Part shown: in pieces, positions 40,999-52,682 of the stretch | Numbering within the stretch: the stretch's first letter is position 1 | Layout of the letters: each line of letters starts with the position of its first letter | Source: an uncultured Clostridia bacterium | GTDB lineage: Bacteria > Bacillota > Clostridia > TANB77 > CAG-508 | DNA: 64,000 nucleotides | Direction: 5' to 3' | Assembly: GCA_963558405.1 (NCBI GenBank) | Contig: CAUWGC010000002.1 | Coordinates: 48,789 to 112,788, forward strand | Notes under the pieces: model-generated | Told to the model about the DNA's origin: nothing | The model's database searches: none | Seen by the model: the letters and a program-made list of their open reading frames with translations, nothing else | Made by a program: the position numbers and the translations under genes

Positions 40999-41658
40999 TT
41001 AAAATAACATTTTAACTAAAACATTATTTTCATACATTACATTTCCTATTATAGATTGTTTTATCGGTTTTGTAATGTTGTTTGCATTTACTAATGGAGC
41101 TACTACAGAAATTATTCCTAATGCTAAATATACTAAGAATAAACCTTTTAATAATCCAAATAAAACTCCTCCTAATTTATTAAATTGTTTTAAAATTGGT
41201 AATTTAGCTATTAAATCTGAAAATACTTTTAATATCACTAAAATAATATTTGCAATTAAAAATAATACTATAAATGTTCCTGCATTAATAATTGTTATAG
41301 AAATACTTTGTGCAAATTCTTCTGCTAATGCTTCCTTAGTTTTATCAGCAGCATTTTCTATATTTTTATTAATATATTCTACAATAGCTTCTGTTGTTAA
41401 GCTGTTTGCTTCTTCTTCATTTGATGTTTCTTCTATTTGTGCTTTACTGTTTTCTTTAATAGATTGTGCTATTTGTTCATCCCAATTTGTATTTTTTACA
41501 ATAAAAGTTCCTACTGGTTTATACAATACCAATGCAATTATAATTGCTACAAAAAATGATATTATTTTAAAAGCAACTCCTATTAATCCTTTGCGGTATC
41601 CTCCCCAAATACAAAGTCCAATAATAGCTACAATTATAAGATCTACTAAAATATTCAT
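40999..41658 (-). CDS. cvpA: CvpA family membrane protein
   Basis: DLII...GYRKGL; NKLGGVLFGLLKG. Confidence 0.85.
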   Translation of the reverse strand: MNILVDLIIVAIIGLCIWGGYRKGLIGVAFKIISFFVAIIIALVLYKPVGTFIVKNTNWDEQIAQSIKENSKAQIEETSNEEEANSLTTEAIVEYINKNIENAADKTKEALAEEFAQSISITIINAGTFIVLFLIANIILVILKVFSDLIAKLPILKQFNKLGGVLFGLLKGLFLVYLALGIISVVAPLVNANNITKPIKQSIIGNVMYENNVLVKMLF

Positions 41659-41670
41659 TTTATTTACCTC

Positions 41671-42861
41671 CTATATTCCAAATACTTCTATTTTATCTCT
41701 GTATACAACTCCTGCAATACTATTTCCTATAACAACATCTCTTACTTCTTGAGTTGAAATATATTTTTTGATTAGCCATCCATTTGTGTTTATAAAATGT
41801 ATTTCTGTTCCAAGGTGAATTGCAACTGTATTGTGATGTGTAAATACTTCTTTTGGAACTCTATCTATTTTATAAACATTTTCTTTTTTATTATTTGTAT
41901 TAATCATTACAATATTAGCACTTGATTTAAATAGACTTTCTTTTATTTCTTCTACTTTAAGAACATATCCATCTAAATCTATATCCATTACTATTATTTT
42001 TTCATCTTGTAATTTAAATAATTCTTCTCTTGTTTGATTTTGCAAATATGAAATTCCTGTATCATACATGCATAATAATGAATTTTTATCTGTATATTTT
42101 ATATCTAATATTAAGTTATTTTCTTCTGCAGAATATGTATAATACATTGAATTTTCTGGATCTGTTTGTGCTTTTTCTAAATTCATAATTTTAATATTAG
42201 ATTGAATTAAACTACCTAAAGTATTTACTTCTGCATATGCCAAATATTTATTGTCATTAGAAATAGCAACATCAATTGCTTTTGTTTGGGATAAATATTT
42301 AGTTGGAAGATCTTTTCCTTCTTTAGTGTAACTTACAATTACAGTTTTATATGTAGTTCCTGTTAATATTACAGAAACATATCCATTTTTATTTACACTT
42401 ATTCTTGAAATTTCACCCTCTACATCTTTTTCCCAAACAATATTTTTTTCATCTATTAGATATAACTTTTTTCCATTTTTTTCAGCAATAACTAAAAAAC
42501 GACCTTCGGAATCATAGATTGGATTACTTACTTGTATTTTTAATTCTCCTTCATTTTTCCCAGAAGAATTATATAATGTAAGAATATTTCTATTTAATAC
42601 TGTTACATATTTATCATAAGCATAAATACTAGAATTTGACTCTCCATCTATTTCTATTATATTTGCATTATTTTCTTCTATCTTCTTTCTAAAAATATTA
42701 ATGTCCATAAATTCTCTAAATTGCAAATTTGAAATATAAAGAGCTGAAACAGTTCCTACTAATATTAATATTACTAATATACATGTTACTGTAATTACTT
42801 TTTTCTTATTTACTTGTCTATTTTTTTTATTACCTTTTCCTTCACTATAGTAATCAATCAT
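41671..42861 (-). CDS. DUF5711-like membrane-anchored beta-propeller protein
   Basis: TM plus propeller-like repeats; upstream of cvpA. Confidence 0.65.
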   Translation of the reverse strand: MIDYYSEGKGNKKNRQVNKKKVITVTCILVILILVGTVSALYISNLQFREFMDINIFRKKIEENNANIIEIDGESNSSIYAYDKYVTVLNRNILTLYNSSGKNEGELKIQVSNPIYDSEGRFLVIAEKNGKKLYLIDEKNIVWEKDVEGEISRISVNKNGYVSVILTGTTYKTVIVSYTKEGKDLPTKYLSQTKAIDVAISNDNKYLAYAEVNTLGSLIQSNIKIMNLEKAQTDPENSMYYTYSAEENNLILDIKYTDKNSLLCMYDTGISYLQNQTREELFKLQDEKIIVMDIDLDGYVLKVEEIKESLFKSSANIVMINTNNKKENVYKIDRVPKEVFTHHNTVAIHLGTEIHFINTNGWLIKKYISTQEVRDVVIGNSIAGVVYRDKIEVFGI

Positions 42862-42935
42862 TTAATTACTCCTTTTTTACTACTTCTTCTTTTATATCAA
42901 TTTTTTAGTTTTTTTTCAATAGAAAACTTCAAATT

Positions 42936-43979
42936 TTAATATACTTTTTGTTTATATAACGAAGAACAAAATAAAAATAGAATTTGTATAATTCCTAAAT
43001 ATCCAAAAATAGGATATAATACATTAACTAAATTAGAAAATCCTAAATGAGCTACAAACACACTGCTTATACATAAAAAAACATTTTTTAGAAAATATTT
43101 TTCATTTTCTTTTTCTCCATCTTTTAAAAAGCTATATCCTGTACATATTGCGGATGTAAAAATAGCAGCAACTATAACAAATCCATAAATATATGGATAT
43201 ATTTTTCCACATAAATTTGCTACGTATATAATAGGTATTTCTATGCTATCAATTAGTATATCTATCTTAGTAAGAGTTACTAAGATACTAAAACTCATAA
43301 TACCTAATATTATTGTACATACTATTGCTGTTTCAAAAATATGTGATTTCTTTACTATATATTCTTTTAAAGGAATTAAAATAGGTATTAACAATATACT
43401 ATTATAACTACTATACAATATAGCACTTATAATCCAATTAGTACTGCTTTCAATTTTTAGCATTTTAATTTTGTCTATTATATTTATTTCAAATGTTTTT
43501 ATTCCTAATATTAAAATAAATACTATTAAAATAGGTACTATAATAACATTAGCATTTATTATTCCTTTAATATCCTTGCAAAAAATAAAAAAAGAAGTTA
43601 AAGCTATAATTAAACTTCCTAATATAATAGGAAGCTTAAATTCCTGTTTAAAATATGTACTAAATCCAGATACCATTACATAAAAACTTATTAATATAAA
43701 AGATTTAATAATCAAGTTTAGTACAATTATCAACTTGGATTTTCGATTTTTCTTTGTAATATGCACTAAAAAATCTTGATAGCTATTAATTGGATATTTT
43801 TGCAATATTATTAATGTTTTTGTAATTATAAGCCCTGTTAAAATTGAAGATAATAAAACAGCTTTTATAGATTCTTCTCCATATCTTCCAAAAAAGCTAT
43901 ATATTTCTTTTCCAGATGCAAAGCCTGCTCCTATCAAGCTTCCTATAATAACAAAAGTAATTTTTGCAACATTTTTCAA
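42936..43979 (-). CDS. YkvI-like membrane protein
   Basis: IGAGFASGKEI, YPIFGYLG. Confidence 0.85.
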   Translation of the reverse strand: MKNVAKITFVIIGSLIGAGFASGKEIYSFFGRYGEESIKAVLLSSILTGLIITKTLIILQKYPINSYQDFLVHITKKNRKSKLIIVLNLIIKSFILISFYVMVSGFSTYFKQEFKLPIILGSLIIALTSFFIFCKDIKGIINANVIIVPILIVFILILGIKTFEINIIDKIKMLKIESSTNWIISAILYSSYNSILLIPILIPLKEYIVKKSHIFETAIVCTIILGIMSFSILVTLTKIDILIDSIEIPIIYVANLCGKIYPYIYGFVIVAAIFTSAICTGYSFLKDGEKENEKYFLKNVFLCISSVFVAHLGFSNLVNVLYPIFGYLGIIQILFLFCSSLYKQKVY

Positions 43980-44029
43980 AGTAAAGCCCCCTTTTCATTT
44001 TTATGAAAAGGGGTGCTAAAATATTCTTT

Positions 44030-45484
44030 TTATCTCTTTCTTCTTCTAATTTGCCATACAACAATTCCTATTAATACAATCACAGCTGGTACTGTAAAAA
44101 TAATAATACGAATTATATTATCTTGTTGTTGTGTTGCTGTATAAGTAACTGTACCTGTATTTTTACGAATTGTAATAGCATCTTCTCTTTGATTTAAATA
44201 TGCAATAGAATTTAAAACTAAATCTTTATTATTATATACCAAAACAGAATTGATATATTGTTCTCCTGATACTATTCTAGAATCACTTGCAAATACTGCA
44301 TTAGAATATACAATCATAGTAGAATTTGTATTGTCATCTATTTTTTTAATAATTTCTGCTCCTAATGTAAATTCTCCTTGTTCATCTGTATCATTTAATT
44401 CATCTGAACCATCTGTTAAATCTGTTCTAAAATAAGATGTAGAACTACTTGTTAAAATAGTATTTATTGTTAATCCTAATTCTTCTTTTTTGTTTTCATC
44501 TGGCATATTAATTTTAGTTGCATCCATCATCATTATTCCACCATCAGATTCTAGATTTCTTGTAATACTAGTTGTAGAAATAATATTAGGTTTTATAAAT
44601 TCAGGATTTTGAAAAGCCATTTTACTACTGTCTGTTTCTTTAATAATACCATTTGCAAAGCTAATACCATACAAATCTAGTACTTTTTGTACATTTGGTA
44701 GTTCTTTTCCTGTTAAATTTGGATCATTTAACCATAATATTTTTCCACCTTTATTAATATAATTCATTATTTTTTCTGTTTCTATATCAGAAAAATCTTT
44801 ACTTGGTGATGCAATTATTAAAACATCACAATCTTCTGGCATTTCTTTTGCAAGTAAGTCTAAAGAATTAATAGTGTTTATATCATTTTCAATATATGCC
44901 CCTAATATTAACATTGTTTTTTGACCTGTATAATCTAAAGCATATTCTCCATGATTTGTTAAGAAATATATATTTGGTTTTTCATCAATAGTTGTTTCTA
45001 AAATACCATTTGTTAGTTTTTGTTCTGTAACATCAATACTTTCACCGGTATTATAATCAAATGTATAAAAATCTGATGTTGTTAATATTTTTTCTTTGTC
45101 TGAAGATTGTATTACTACTGCTTGTGTATCTGTTGTTAATCCATATTTTTCTTGTAAATCTGGTCTACTTGCAGTATCTATTATTTCTACTTTTACCTTA
45201 TCATTTATTTTTTGATATTGCTTTGATAAATCAACGATGGAATTATCTTCGTTAAATCCAAAGAAATATATTGTAACATCTTTTTTTACATTTTTAACTT
45301 GTTCTTTTGATTCATCTGATAAAGAATATAACTTTTGCTCTGTAATATCAATTGAAGTAAGATTTAAACTTCTTACCCACAAATTTAGGGCAATAAAAAT
45401 AGCAATACAAATAAAAATTAATAATATAGTCATTGCCGTTTTACTTAACCAATTTCTTTTTATTTTTTCAATAAATGTTTTCAA
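44030..45484 (-). CDS. GldG-like ABC transporter accessory protein
   Basis: DITEQKLYSLS, YFLTNHGE, C-terminal TM plus RRKR. Confidence 0.85.
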   Translation of the reverse strand: MKTFIEKIKRNWLSKTAMTILLIFICIAIFIALNLWVRSLNLTSIDITEQKLYSLSDESKEQVKNVKKDVTIYFFGFNEDNSIVDLSKQYQKINDKVKVEIIDTASRPDLQEKYGLTTDTQAVVIQSSDKEKILTTSDFYTFDYNTGESIDVTEQKLTNGILETTIDEKPNIYFLTNHGEYALDYTGQKTMLILGAYIENDINTINSLDLLAKEMPEDCDVLIIASPSKDFSDIETEKIMNYINKGGKILWLNDPNLTGKELPNVQKVLDLYGISFANGIIKETDSSKMAFQNPEFIKPNIISTTSITRNLESDGGIMMMDATKINMPDENKKEELGLTINTILTSSSTSYFRTDLTDGSDELNDTDEQGEFTLGAEIIKKIDDNTNSTMIVYSNAVFASDSRIVSGEQYINSVLVYNNKDLVLNSIAYLNQREDAITIRKNTGTVTYTATQQQDNIIRIIIFTVPAVIVLIGIVVWQIRRRKR

Positions 45485-45502
45485 TTTTATTTCTCCTTTC
45501 TT

Positions 45503-46183
45503 TTATTTTACTGTTTTTCTTCTTTGCAAAACTATAATTGTTAAAATAATAAATAGCAAAGTAAAGGATATATAAGTAACCAATTCATCTAAGGCAATAA
45601 CTCCTGATGGAAATTTATCAAACATATTTATAAGAGAAAAAGGTGCTAATGTTTGACTTAAACTAGGTATAAACCATGTTAAAATAAAAAATCCAATTGT
45701 AATTACTCCTGCAATAATTTGGTTTTCTGTTAAACTAGAAGCAAACATTCCAAAAGAAATATATGCCATTGCTAATAATAAAAATCCAAACATTGTTACA
45801 AGCGCAGTTACTATTTGTGGTTTACCAAAATACATTAATATTCCAAAATACATAAAAGTAAATAATTCTGTTATAAATACAATAATTACAGCTGAAATAA
45901 ATTTACCAAGTACAATACTTGTAACGCTTCTTGGAGATGTTATAAGTAACTGTTCTGTTCCAGATTTTCTTTCCTCAGCAAACATTCTCATTGTTAAAAT
46001 AGGAATAACAAATGTTAAGATTGTAGAAGCTGAGTAAAATAAATATTCAAAGTTTGTACTTCTATATTGAATGATATCAATATAAAAGAAAATACTACAC
46101 ATTGCTAAAAATAATCCAATGAATATGTATCCTATTGGTGATAAAAAATAAGATTTTACTTCTTTTTTTACAACTGCCCACAT
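45503..46183 (-). CDS. ABC-2 permease (GldF-like)
   Basis: KKEVKSYFLSP, EERKSGTEQLL. Confidence 0.9.
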   Translation of the reverse strand: MWAVVKKEVKSYFLSPIGYIFIGLFLAMCSIFFYIDIIQYRSTNFEYLFYSASTILTFVIPILTMRMFAEERKSGTEQLLITSPRSVTSIVLGKFISAVIIVFITELFTFMYFGILMYFGKPQIVTALVTMFGFLLLAMAYISFGMFASSLTENQIIAGVITIGFFILTWFIPSLSQTLAPFSLINMFDKFPSGVIALDELVTYISFTLLFIILTIIVLQRRKTVK

Positions 46184-47196
46184 TACTTACCTTCCTCCTT
46201 TTTATCTTCTATTTTTTTCTTTTTATTTTTTGAATTTTCTTTAACTTCTTCATTAACTGTTTCTGTTTGACTTATCAATTTCATAAAAGCATCTTCTAAT
46301 GTAGCTTCTGTTTTCTTTAATTCAAATATTGTTATTCCTGCTTTTGCAAATTCTTCAAAAATATCTTTTCTTATATCTTTATCATTATCACAAGTAATCA
46401 TATATTGTTTTGTTCCATCTTCTAAGTCTTTTATTAATTTTATTTCTTTGATATTTTCAATAGTCTCTTTCATACTATCTATTTTGTTTTCTTTATCTTC
46501 TACTGTAACCAATATAGAATTTGCTTCTTCTACTTTATTTTCTAAATTTTCTGGTGAGTCAATAGCTACTATTTTTCCTTTATTTATTATAATTACTTTT
46601 TCACAAATTTGGCTTACTTCTGACAAAATATGAGAACTTAAAATAACTGTATGTTCCTTTCCTAATGATTTTATCATAGTTCTAATTTCTGTAATTTGTT
46701 TTGGATCTAATCCTACTGTAGGTTCGTCTAAAATTAATACTTTTGGATTTCCTACCAAACTTCCAGCTAAGCTTACTCTTTGCTTATAACCTCTTGAAAG
46801 ATTTTTTATTATTTTATTTTGTACATCTTCTAATCCTGTTTTTTTAATAATATCTTCCACATTTTGTTTTCTTTCTTTTCTAGGAATCATTTTTAATTCT
46901 GCCATATAGTTTAAAAATTCCCTTGGTGTTAAATCTAAATATAAAGGTGTGCTTTCTGGCATATAACCTATATATTTTTTAGCTTTTTTAGGTTTTTTTA
47001 AAACATCCACATTATTTATTAAAATTTCTCCTTCTGTTTGTTCTATAAAACCTGTAATCATATTCATTGTAGTACTTTTTCCGGCTCCATTTGGTCCTAA
47101 TAAACCTACAATTTGACCTTCACCGATTTCAAAACTAATGTTATCTACAGCAATAAAATTGCCATATTTTTTTGTAACATTCTTTAGTTCAATCAA
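46183..47196 (-). CDS. ABC transporter ATPase (GldA-like)
   Basis: GPNGAGKS, LSRGYKQR, LDEP. Confidence 0.93.
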   Translation of the reverse strand: MIELKNVTKKYGNFIAVDNISFEIGEGQIVGLLGPNGAGKSTTMNMITGFIEQTEGEILINNVDVLKKPKKAKKYIGYMPESTPLYLDLTPREFLNYMAELKMIPRKERKQNVEDIIKKTGLEDVQNKIIKNLSRGYKQRVSLAGSLVGNPKVLILDEPTVGLDPKQITEIRTMIKSLGKEHTVILSSHILSEVSQICEKVIIINKGKIVAIDSPENLENKVEEANSILVTVEDKENKIDSMKETIENIKEIKLIKDLEDGTKQYMITCDNDKDIRKDIFEEFAKAGITIFELKKTEATLEDAFMKLISQTETVNEEVKENSKNKKKKIEDKKEEGK

Positions 47197-47406
47197 GTAA
47201 ATCTCCTCCTTATTTAATTTTGCTATGACAATATTAACATCTCATTTTAATATTTTCAACTAAATCTTGCAGAATTTACACAAAATTCACAAAGTATTAT
47301 ATCCGTAAGATTTTCGACTTTATTTTTATATTTTAAATACACTTATTTTTGTACTATTTTTTTATGATTAGAATACCTATTAAAAAAAGAAAGGTAGGAC
47401 ATTTAA

Positions 47407-48030
47407 ATGGAATATATATATCCTTTTTCAATAGCTTTTTTGTTTATTTTTCTTTCTGAACTTGGAGATAAAACTCAACTTCTAGTATTATCATTTTCAA
47501 CTAAAACAAGTATAAAAGTCATTTTAACTGGGGTTGCTATTGGCTCATTCTTTAGTCATGGTGTTGCTATTTTATTTGGAAGTAGTCTTGGAAATATTGG
47601 TAACGAATTTTTTAAACAAACTTTACAATTAATTACTTATATTTCTTTTATTGTATTTGGTATTTTGAGCTTTCTTCCTTCTAAAGAAGAACCTCAAAAA
47701 AATTCTCCTAAAGGTTTTTTATTTAAATTATCACATCAGAAATTAAATTATATAATTATGATTGCCTTTAGTATTGCTATTGGAGAGTTAGGAGATAAAA
47801 CATTTTTAGCATCTATGGGACTTGGAATACAATATTCATATTCTAAGTTTTTCCTTATTATAGGAGCTGTTTTAGGCATGGTTTTTAGCAATTTTTTAGC
47901 AATTATATTAGGAAAACTTCTTTCTAAAAAAATCTCTGCAAAGTCAATGAACTTTTTATCCGGTATTTTGTTCCTAAGTTTTGGAATTTTGGGTATATTA
48001 TGTTTTTTGTTTGAAGTATTGAGTTTTTAA
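47407..48030 (+). CDS. TMEM165/GDT1 family Mn/Ca transporter
   Basis: Two ELGDKT motifs. Confidence 0.92.
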   Translation: MEYIYPFSIAFLFIFLSELGDKTQLLVLSFSTKTSIKVILTGVAIGSFFSHGVAILFGSSLGNIGNEFFKQTLQLITYISFIVFGILSFLPSKEEPQKNSPKGFLFKLSHQKLNYIIMIAFSIAIGELGDKTFLASMGLGIQYSYSKFFLIIGAVLGMVFSNFLAIILGKLLSKKISAKSMNFLSGILFLSFGILGILCFLFEVLSF

Positions 48031-48077
48031 AAAATTTCCGTTATAATAGTGTAAAAATAAAAAATGAGGTAATTATT

Positions 48078-48368
48078 ATGAACAGTAAACAAAGAGCATA
48101 TTTAAGAGGACTTGCAAATACAATAGAACCAATTTTTCAAATTGGTAAATCTGGAATTTCTTCTAATTTAATAAAACAATTATCAGATGCATTAGAAGCC
48201 AGAGAATTAATTAAAATATCTGTATTAGAAACAGCCCCACTTTCTGTAAAAGATTTAGCAAATGAAGTTGCAAAACAAACTGATTCTATTTTAGTACAGA
48301 CAGTTGGAAGTAAAATCACATTATATAAAGCTAGAAAAAAAGACTCTAAAATAATACTTCCAAATTAA
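48078..48368 (+). CDS. yhbY: Ribosome assembly RNA-binding protein YhbY
   Basis: KQRAYLR..A..I.PIFQIGK..ALEARELIK. Confidence 0.93.
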   Translation: MNSKQRAYLRGLANTIEPIFQIGKSGISSNLIKQLSDALEARELIKISVLETAPLSVKDLANEVAKQTDSILVQTVGSKITLYKARKKDSKIILPN

Positions 48369-48498
48369 TATAAAAAGAAAACTATTAAAAGCATCATTTG
48401 ATAGTTTTCTTTTTATATTATTATCAATTTTCAATGTTTTTTCTTTTTTAGTGTTGACATTACTTTGTTTTTATGGTATCATAATTATCGTTGAATAT

Positions 48499-48575
<77 letters not shown>

Positions 48576-48641
48576 AAACATCTACTTTTTGAGTAGATGT
48601 TTTTTTATTGCATTGTAAACTTGATAAGTATTTTTACAAAT

Positions 48642-48674
48642 AAAAAAGAACTAGTAGAGAGACACTAGTTCTTT
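48642..48674 (-). terminator. Intrinsic terminator hairpin
   Basis: AAAGAACTAGT/ACTAGTTCTTT stem with a U-run on the minus strand. Confidence 0.65.
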
Positions 48675-48771
48675 AGTTCATTCACTTTAACAAAAGAGAA
48701 AAGGAGTGAGCTAGACAGTTTAATGACGTCTCATTACTTATCTAGCTCAGAAGGTATATAAACGCCTTTTC

Positions 48772-48984
48772 TTATTTTTCTATACGATATAAATCTTTTT
48801 CTTCTATATTTAGTGCTTTAGCAATACGAATAATAACAGAAAGAGTTGGTTCTTTTTCTTGTTTTTCAATATAATTTAAATGAGATTTTGATATTCCAGT
48901 CATTTTAGCTAATTGTTCCAAAGAAATATTTCTTTCTTTACGTATGTCCTTTAATAAAATTTTAACGCGCATCCTTACCACCAA
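48772..48984 (-). CDS. XRE-family HTH regulator
   Basis: LKDIRKERNISLEQLA..TGISKSHL. Confidence 0.85.
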   Translation of the reverse strand: MVVRMRVKILLKDIRKERNISLEQLAKMTGISKSHLNYIEKQEKEPTLSVIIRIAKALNIEEKDLYRIEK

Positions 48985-49232
48985 ATATAGTATGTTCTAT
49001 TTTGTATATACCATACATTTTGTTCACTTTGGTGGAATTATTTAAATTTTTTGTCGAAAAATGTAGTATTAATGCACTTTTTAGCTTATGGTTTATATTT
49101 TTTCTTTTATTTTAAACTATAGTTATATTTGTATTTAGGTTGTAACTCTTTAATATATAATTGTTTTATTTTTTTACTATTAAAATTTAAAAAGTGTCTT
49201 AAAAAATTAATATTTAAGACACTTTTTATTAT

Positions 49233-50636
49233 TTAATTTTCCCAAAAACATTTATATGCCATGTATGCAGTATAGACGTCAAATTTGCTTGTAACTTCAT
49301 ATGGAGCATGCATTGATAATACTGGAACTCCACAATCTATAACATCTATTCCCTTGTTTGCTAAAATATATGCAATAGTTCCTCCGCCTCCGACATCTAC
49401 TTTTCCTAGTTCAGATATTTTGTATGGAACATTATTTTTTTCAAAAATATTTCTTACTTTTGCAACAAATTCAGCATTTGCATCAGAAGCTCCTGACTTT
49501 CCTCTTCCTCCTGTATATTTATTAAGTCCTATTCCTTGTCCTAAATATGCTGCATTATTTTTTTCTGATACATGGGCATAAATAGGGTCTAACCCAGCAT
49601 CCACATCTGCTGATAACATTTCTGAATTAATAAATACTTTATCCAATAAATTTGGTCTATTTATACCCAATTTATTTAATAATTCTGAAATAAATGTATC
49701 AAATACATGTGATTCCATTCCTGTATTTCCTACACTACCGATTTCTTCTTTATCAGATAATATACAAACAGAAGTAATTTTTGGATTTTCTATATTAAAT
49801 AATGCTGTTAGTGCTGTGTAACTACATACTTTATCATCTTGACCATATCCTGCAATCATACTTCTATCTAGTCCTAGTGTACGTGCTCTAAATGCTGGAA
49901 CCAACTCTAATTCTGAACTATTAAAATCAGCTTCTGTTATTCCATATTTTTGATTTAGTATTGCTAATATATTTAATTTTATTTTTTCTGAAACTTTACT
50001 TTCATCATATGGCATACTACCAATTAATAAATTTAAGTCTTCACCTGAGATAGCTTCTTTTAACTTCTTTTCCATTTGTTCTTGTGCTAAATGTGGTAAT
50101 AAATCAGTTATAGTAAAAATTGGATCATCTTCCGCTTCTCCTATACTAATATTTATTTTTTCACCATTTGATTTTACAATTACACCATGGATAGCAAGAG
50201 GAATAGTTGTCCATTGATATTTTTTAATTCCTCCATAATAGTGAGTTTTAAAATAAGCAAAACCACTATCCTCATATAATGGATTTGGTTTTAAATCCAA
50301 TCTTGGAGAATCAACATGTGCTCCTATAATTTTCATTCCATTTTCTATAGATTCTGTTCCAATTACAGCTAAATACATGCTTTTTTCTTTATTTATATAA
50401 TACACTTTATCTCCAGGTTTTAATTCTTCATATGAATAAATATCCTTAAACCCTCTTAACTCCGCTTCTATTTTTGCATTAGCAACAAATTCTCTCTCTG
50501 TTTTTGAGCGATTTAAAAAATCCATGTATCCTTCACAATAGTTAAAAATCTCTTTTTTCTTTTCCTCTTCTATTCCTTCCCATCCACTTTTTTCTTTTCT
50601 AAATAATTGATTTTTCAAATTTTCTGTATCTTGCAT
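49233..50636 (-). CDS. M18 family aminopeptidase
   Basis: AHVDSPRL, GQDD, KEEIGS, SMHAP. Confidence 0.93.
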   Translation of the reverse strand: MQDTENLKNQLFRKEKSGWEGIEEEKKKEIFNYCEGYMDFLNRSKTEREFVANAKIEAELRGFKDIYSYEELKPGDKVYYINKEKSMYLAVIGTESIENGMKIIGAHVDSPRLDLKPNPLYEDSGFAYFKTHYYGGIKKYQWTTIPLAIHGVIVKSNGEKINISIGEAEDDPIFTITDLLPHLAQEQMEKKLKEAISGEDLNLLIGSMPYDESKVSEKIKLNILAILNQKYGITEADFNSSELELVPAFRARTLGLDRSMIAGYGQDDKVCSYTALTALFNIENPKITSVCILSDKEEIGSVGNTGMESHVFDTFISELLNKLGINRPNLLDKVFINSEMLSADVDAGLDPIYAHVSEKNNAAYLGQGIGLNKYTGGRGKSGASDANAEFVAKVRNIFEKNNVPYKISELGKVDVGGGGTIAYILANKGIDVIDCGVPVLSMHAPYEVTSKFDVYTAYMAYKCFWEN

Positions 50637-50848
50637 TTTTTACCTCCTTTAATTTATTATATCCATTATCTTTTATTATATTAATTCATCTTTTTAAAAT
50701 AGTCAATGAAATTATAATTTTTTATTAATAATACTGTATTTTTTGAATATTATATTTTATCTGAAATTTATAAAATTAGTTGTAATTTATATGTCGAATA
50801 TGGTATAACTAAAGAAGATTATTACTTAATTTAAAGAGGAGAATATAC

Positions 50849-52627
50849 ATGAAAAAAGAGACTAATCAAGAAAATTTAGAAACAAATGAGATTGATAACA
50901 ATAATATTAGCTCTGTTGAAAATAAAACAAATGATTCTAAATTAGATATAATTAAAGAAAATGATAGTAAGCAAGATAGTAATACAGAAAATGTAGTTAA
51001 TTCAAAAGAAGTAATAGTAAATGAACTTAATTCCAACGAATTTGAGCCAGAACAAAAATATAAAGCCAAAAATACTGAATCTATTAAAAAAATAACTTTT
51101 TGTATAAGCTTATCTCTTTGTATTATTTTAGGTATATTTTTATTACTTTCTACAATATTTGCTTTATTAAATATAAATAATAACAAAATTATATCTGGAA
51201 TATATATTAATGATATTAATGTATCTGGTTTAACTAAAGAAGAGGGAAAAGAAGCTGTTTCTACAGCTATTACAAATAATCTTTCTTTAAATATAAAAAT
51301 TTATGATGGAGATTATGAAACTTCTTTTTTAGCTGAACAAATAAGTGCAACTTTTGACATTGATAATGCTATTAATTATGCATATAGTATTGGAAGAAGT
51401 GGTAATTTTATTCAAAATAATTATACTATTCTTTCTGCTTTACTTGAAACAGTCCATATTGAACCTGTATTAAAGTATGATGAAGAAGCATTAAATTCTA
51501 TTGTTTCTAGTATTGCTGAAAAATTGCCAAACAAAATGATAGAACCTAGTTATTATATAGAAGATTCTAACTTAATTATTACTAAAGGGCACTCTGGTAA
51601 TATTGTAGATGAAGAACAATTAAAAATTCTTTTAATAAACACTATAAAAAATACATCATCTACTAATAAAGAAATTAAAATTCCTGTTAACTATGTTGAG
51701 TGTAAAGCAATTGATATTGATTCTATATACAAAGAAGTAAAAAAGGACCCTAAGGATGCATACTATACAAATGATCCATTTGTTGTATATCCTCATGTAA
51801 ACGGTGTTGATTTTGCAATTTCTTTAAAAGAAGCTAAAAAGTTATTACAAGAAGAAAAAGAAGAATATGTAATTCCTTTAAAATCAATTACCCCTTCTGT
51901 AACAACTAATCAAATTGGAACAGAAGCATTTCCCGATTTACTTTCATCATTTAAAACAAGTTACTATGAAAGTAATGTAAATCGTACTACCAATTTAAAA
52001 CTGTCAGCTGGAAAAATAAACGGTACTGTTCTACTTCCTGGTGAAGTATTTTCTTATAATCAAGTAGTTGGAAAAAGAACTATTGAAGCTGGTTATAAAG
52101 ATGCTGCTGTCTTTCAAGGAGGAAAAGTAGTAGATGGTCTTGGTGGTGGAATTTGTCAAATTTCTTCTACCCTTTATGATGCAGTTGTACTTGCAAACCT
52201 AGAAATTGTAGAAAGAACAAATCATGGCTTTGTAACTTCTTATTTAAAATCTGGTCGTGATGCTACTGTTGTTTATGGAGCAATTGATTTTAAATTTAAA
52301 AACAATAGAAAATATCCTATTAAAATTGTTTCTTCTGTATCAAATGGAATTGCAGAATTTAAAATTTTTGGAAAAAAAGAAGAAGTTGAATATGATGTAG
52401 AAATTGTAACAAAAACTATTTCATCTATTCCATTTAAAGTAAGATACGTAAATGATCCTACTTTGCCTGTAGGAAAAACAAAGGTTTTACAAGGTGGTTC
52501 TAATGGATGTAAAGTAGAAGCTTATAAGGTATTAAAACTAAATGGTCAAACTGTTTCTACTACACTACTTTCCCGTGATACATATAATGCAATGGAAAAA
52601 ATAATTGCTAAAGGAACTAAAAAATAA
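50849..52627 (+). CDS. VanW family protein with PG-binding and G5 domains
   Basis: FSYNQVVG, GGGICQISSTLY, C-terminal G5. Confidence 0.9.
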   Translation: MKKETNQENLETNEIDNNNISSVENKTNDSKLDIIKENDSKQDSNTENVVNSKEVIVNELNSNEFEPEQKYKAKNTESIKKITFCISLSLCIILGIFLLLSTIFALLNINNNKIISGIYINDINVSGLTKEEGKEAVSTAITNNLSLNIKIYDGDYETSFLAEQISATFDIDNAINYAYSIGRSGNFIQNNYTILSALLETVHIEPVLKYDEEALNSIVSSIAEKLPNKMIEPSYYIEDSNLIITKGHSGNIVDEEQLKILLINTIKNTSSTNKEIKIPVNYVECKAIDIDSIYKEVKKDPKDAYYTNDPFVVYPHVNGVDFAISLKEAKKLLQEEKEEYVIPLKSITPSVTTNQIGTEAFPDLLSSFKTSYYESNVNRTTNLKLSAGKINGTVLLPGEVFSYNQVVGKRTIEAGYKDAAVFQGGKVVDGLGGGICQISSTLYDAVVLANLEIVERTNHGFVTSYLKSGRDATVVYGAIDFKFKNNRKYPIKIVSSVSNGIAEFKIFGKKEEVEYDVEIVTKTISSIPFKVRYVNDPTLPVGKTKVLQGGSNGCKVEAYKVLKLNGQTVSTTLLSRDTYNAMEKIIAKGTKK

Positions 52628-52682
52628 AGTTTATTATTATATTTATTATATTTTATAAAATCAAAAGAAAGAAGGAATAATT

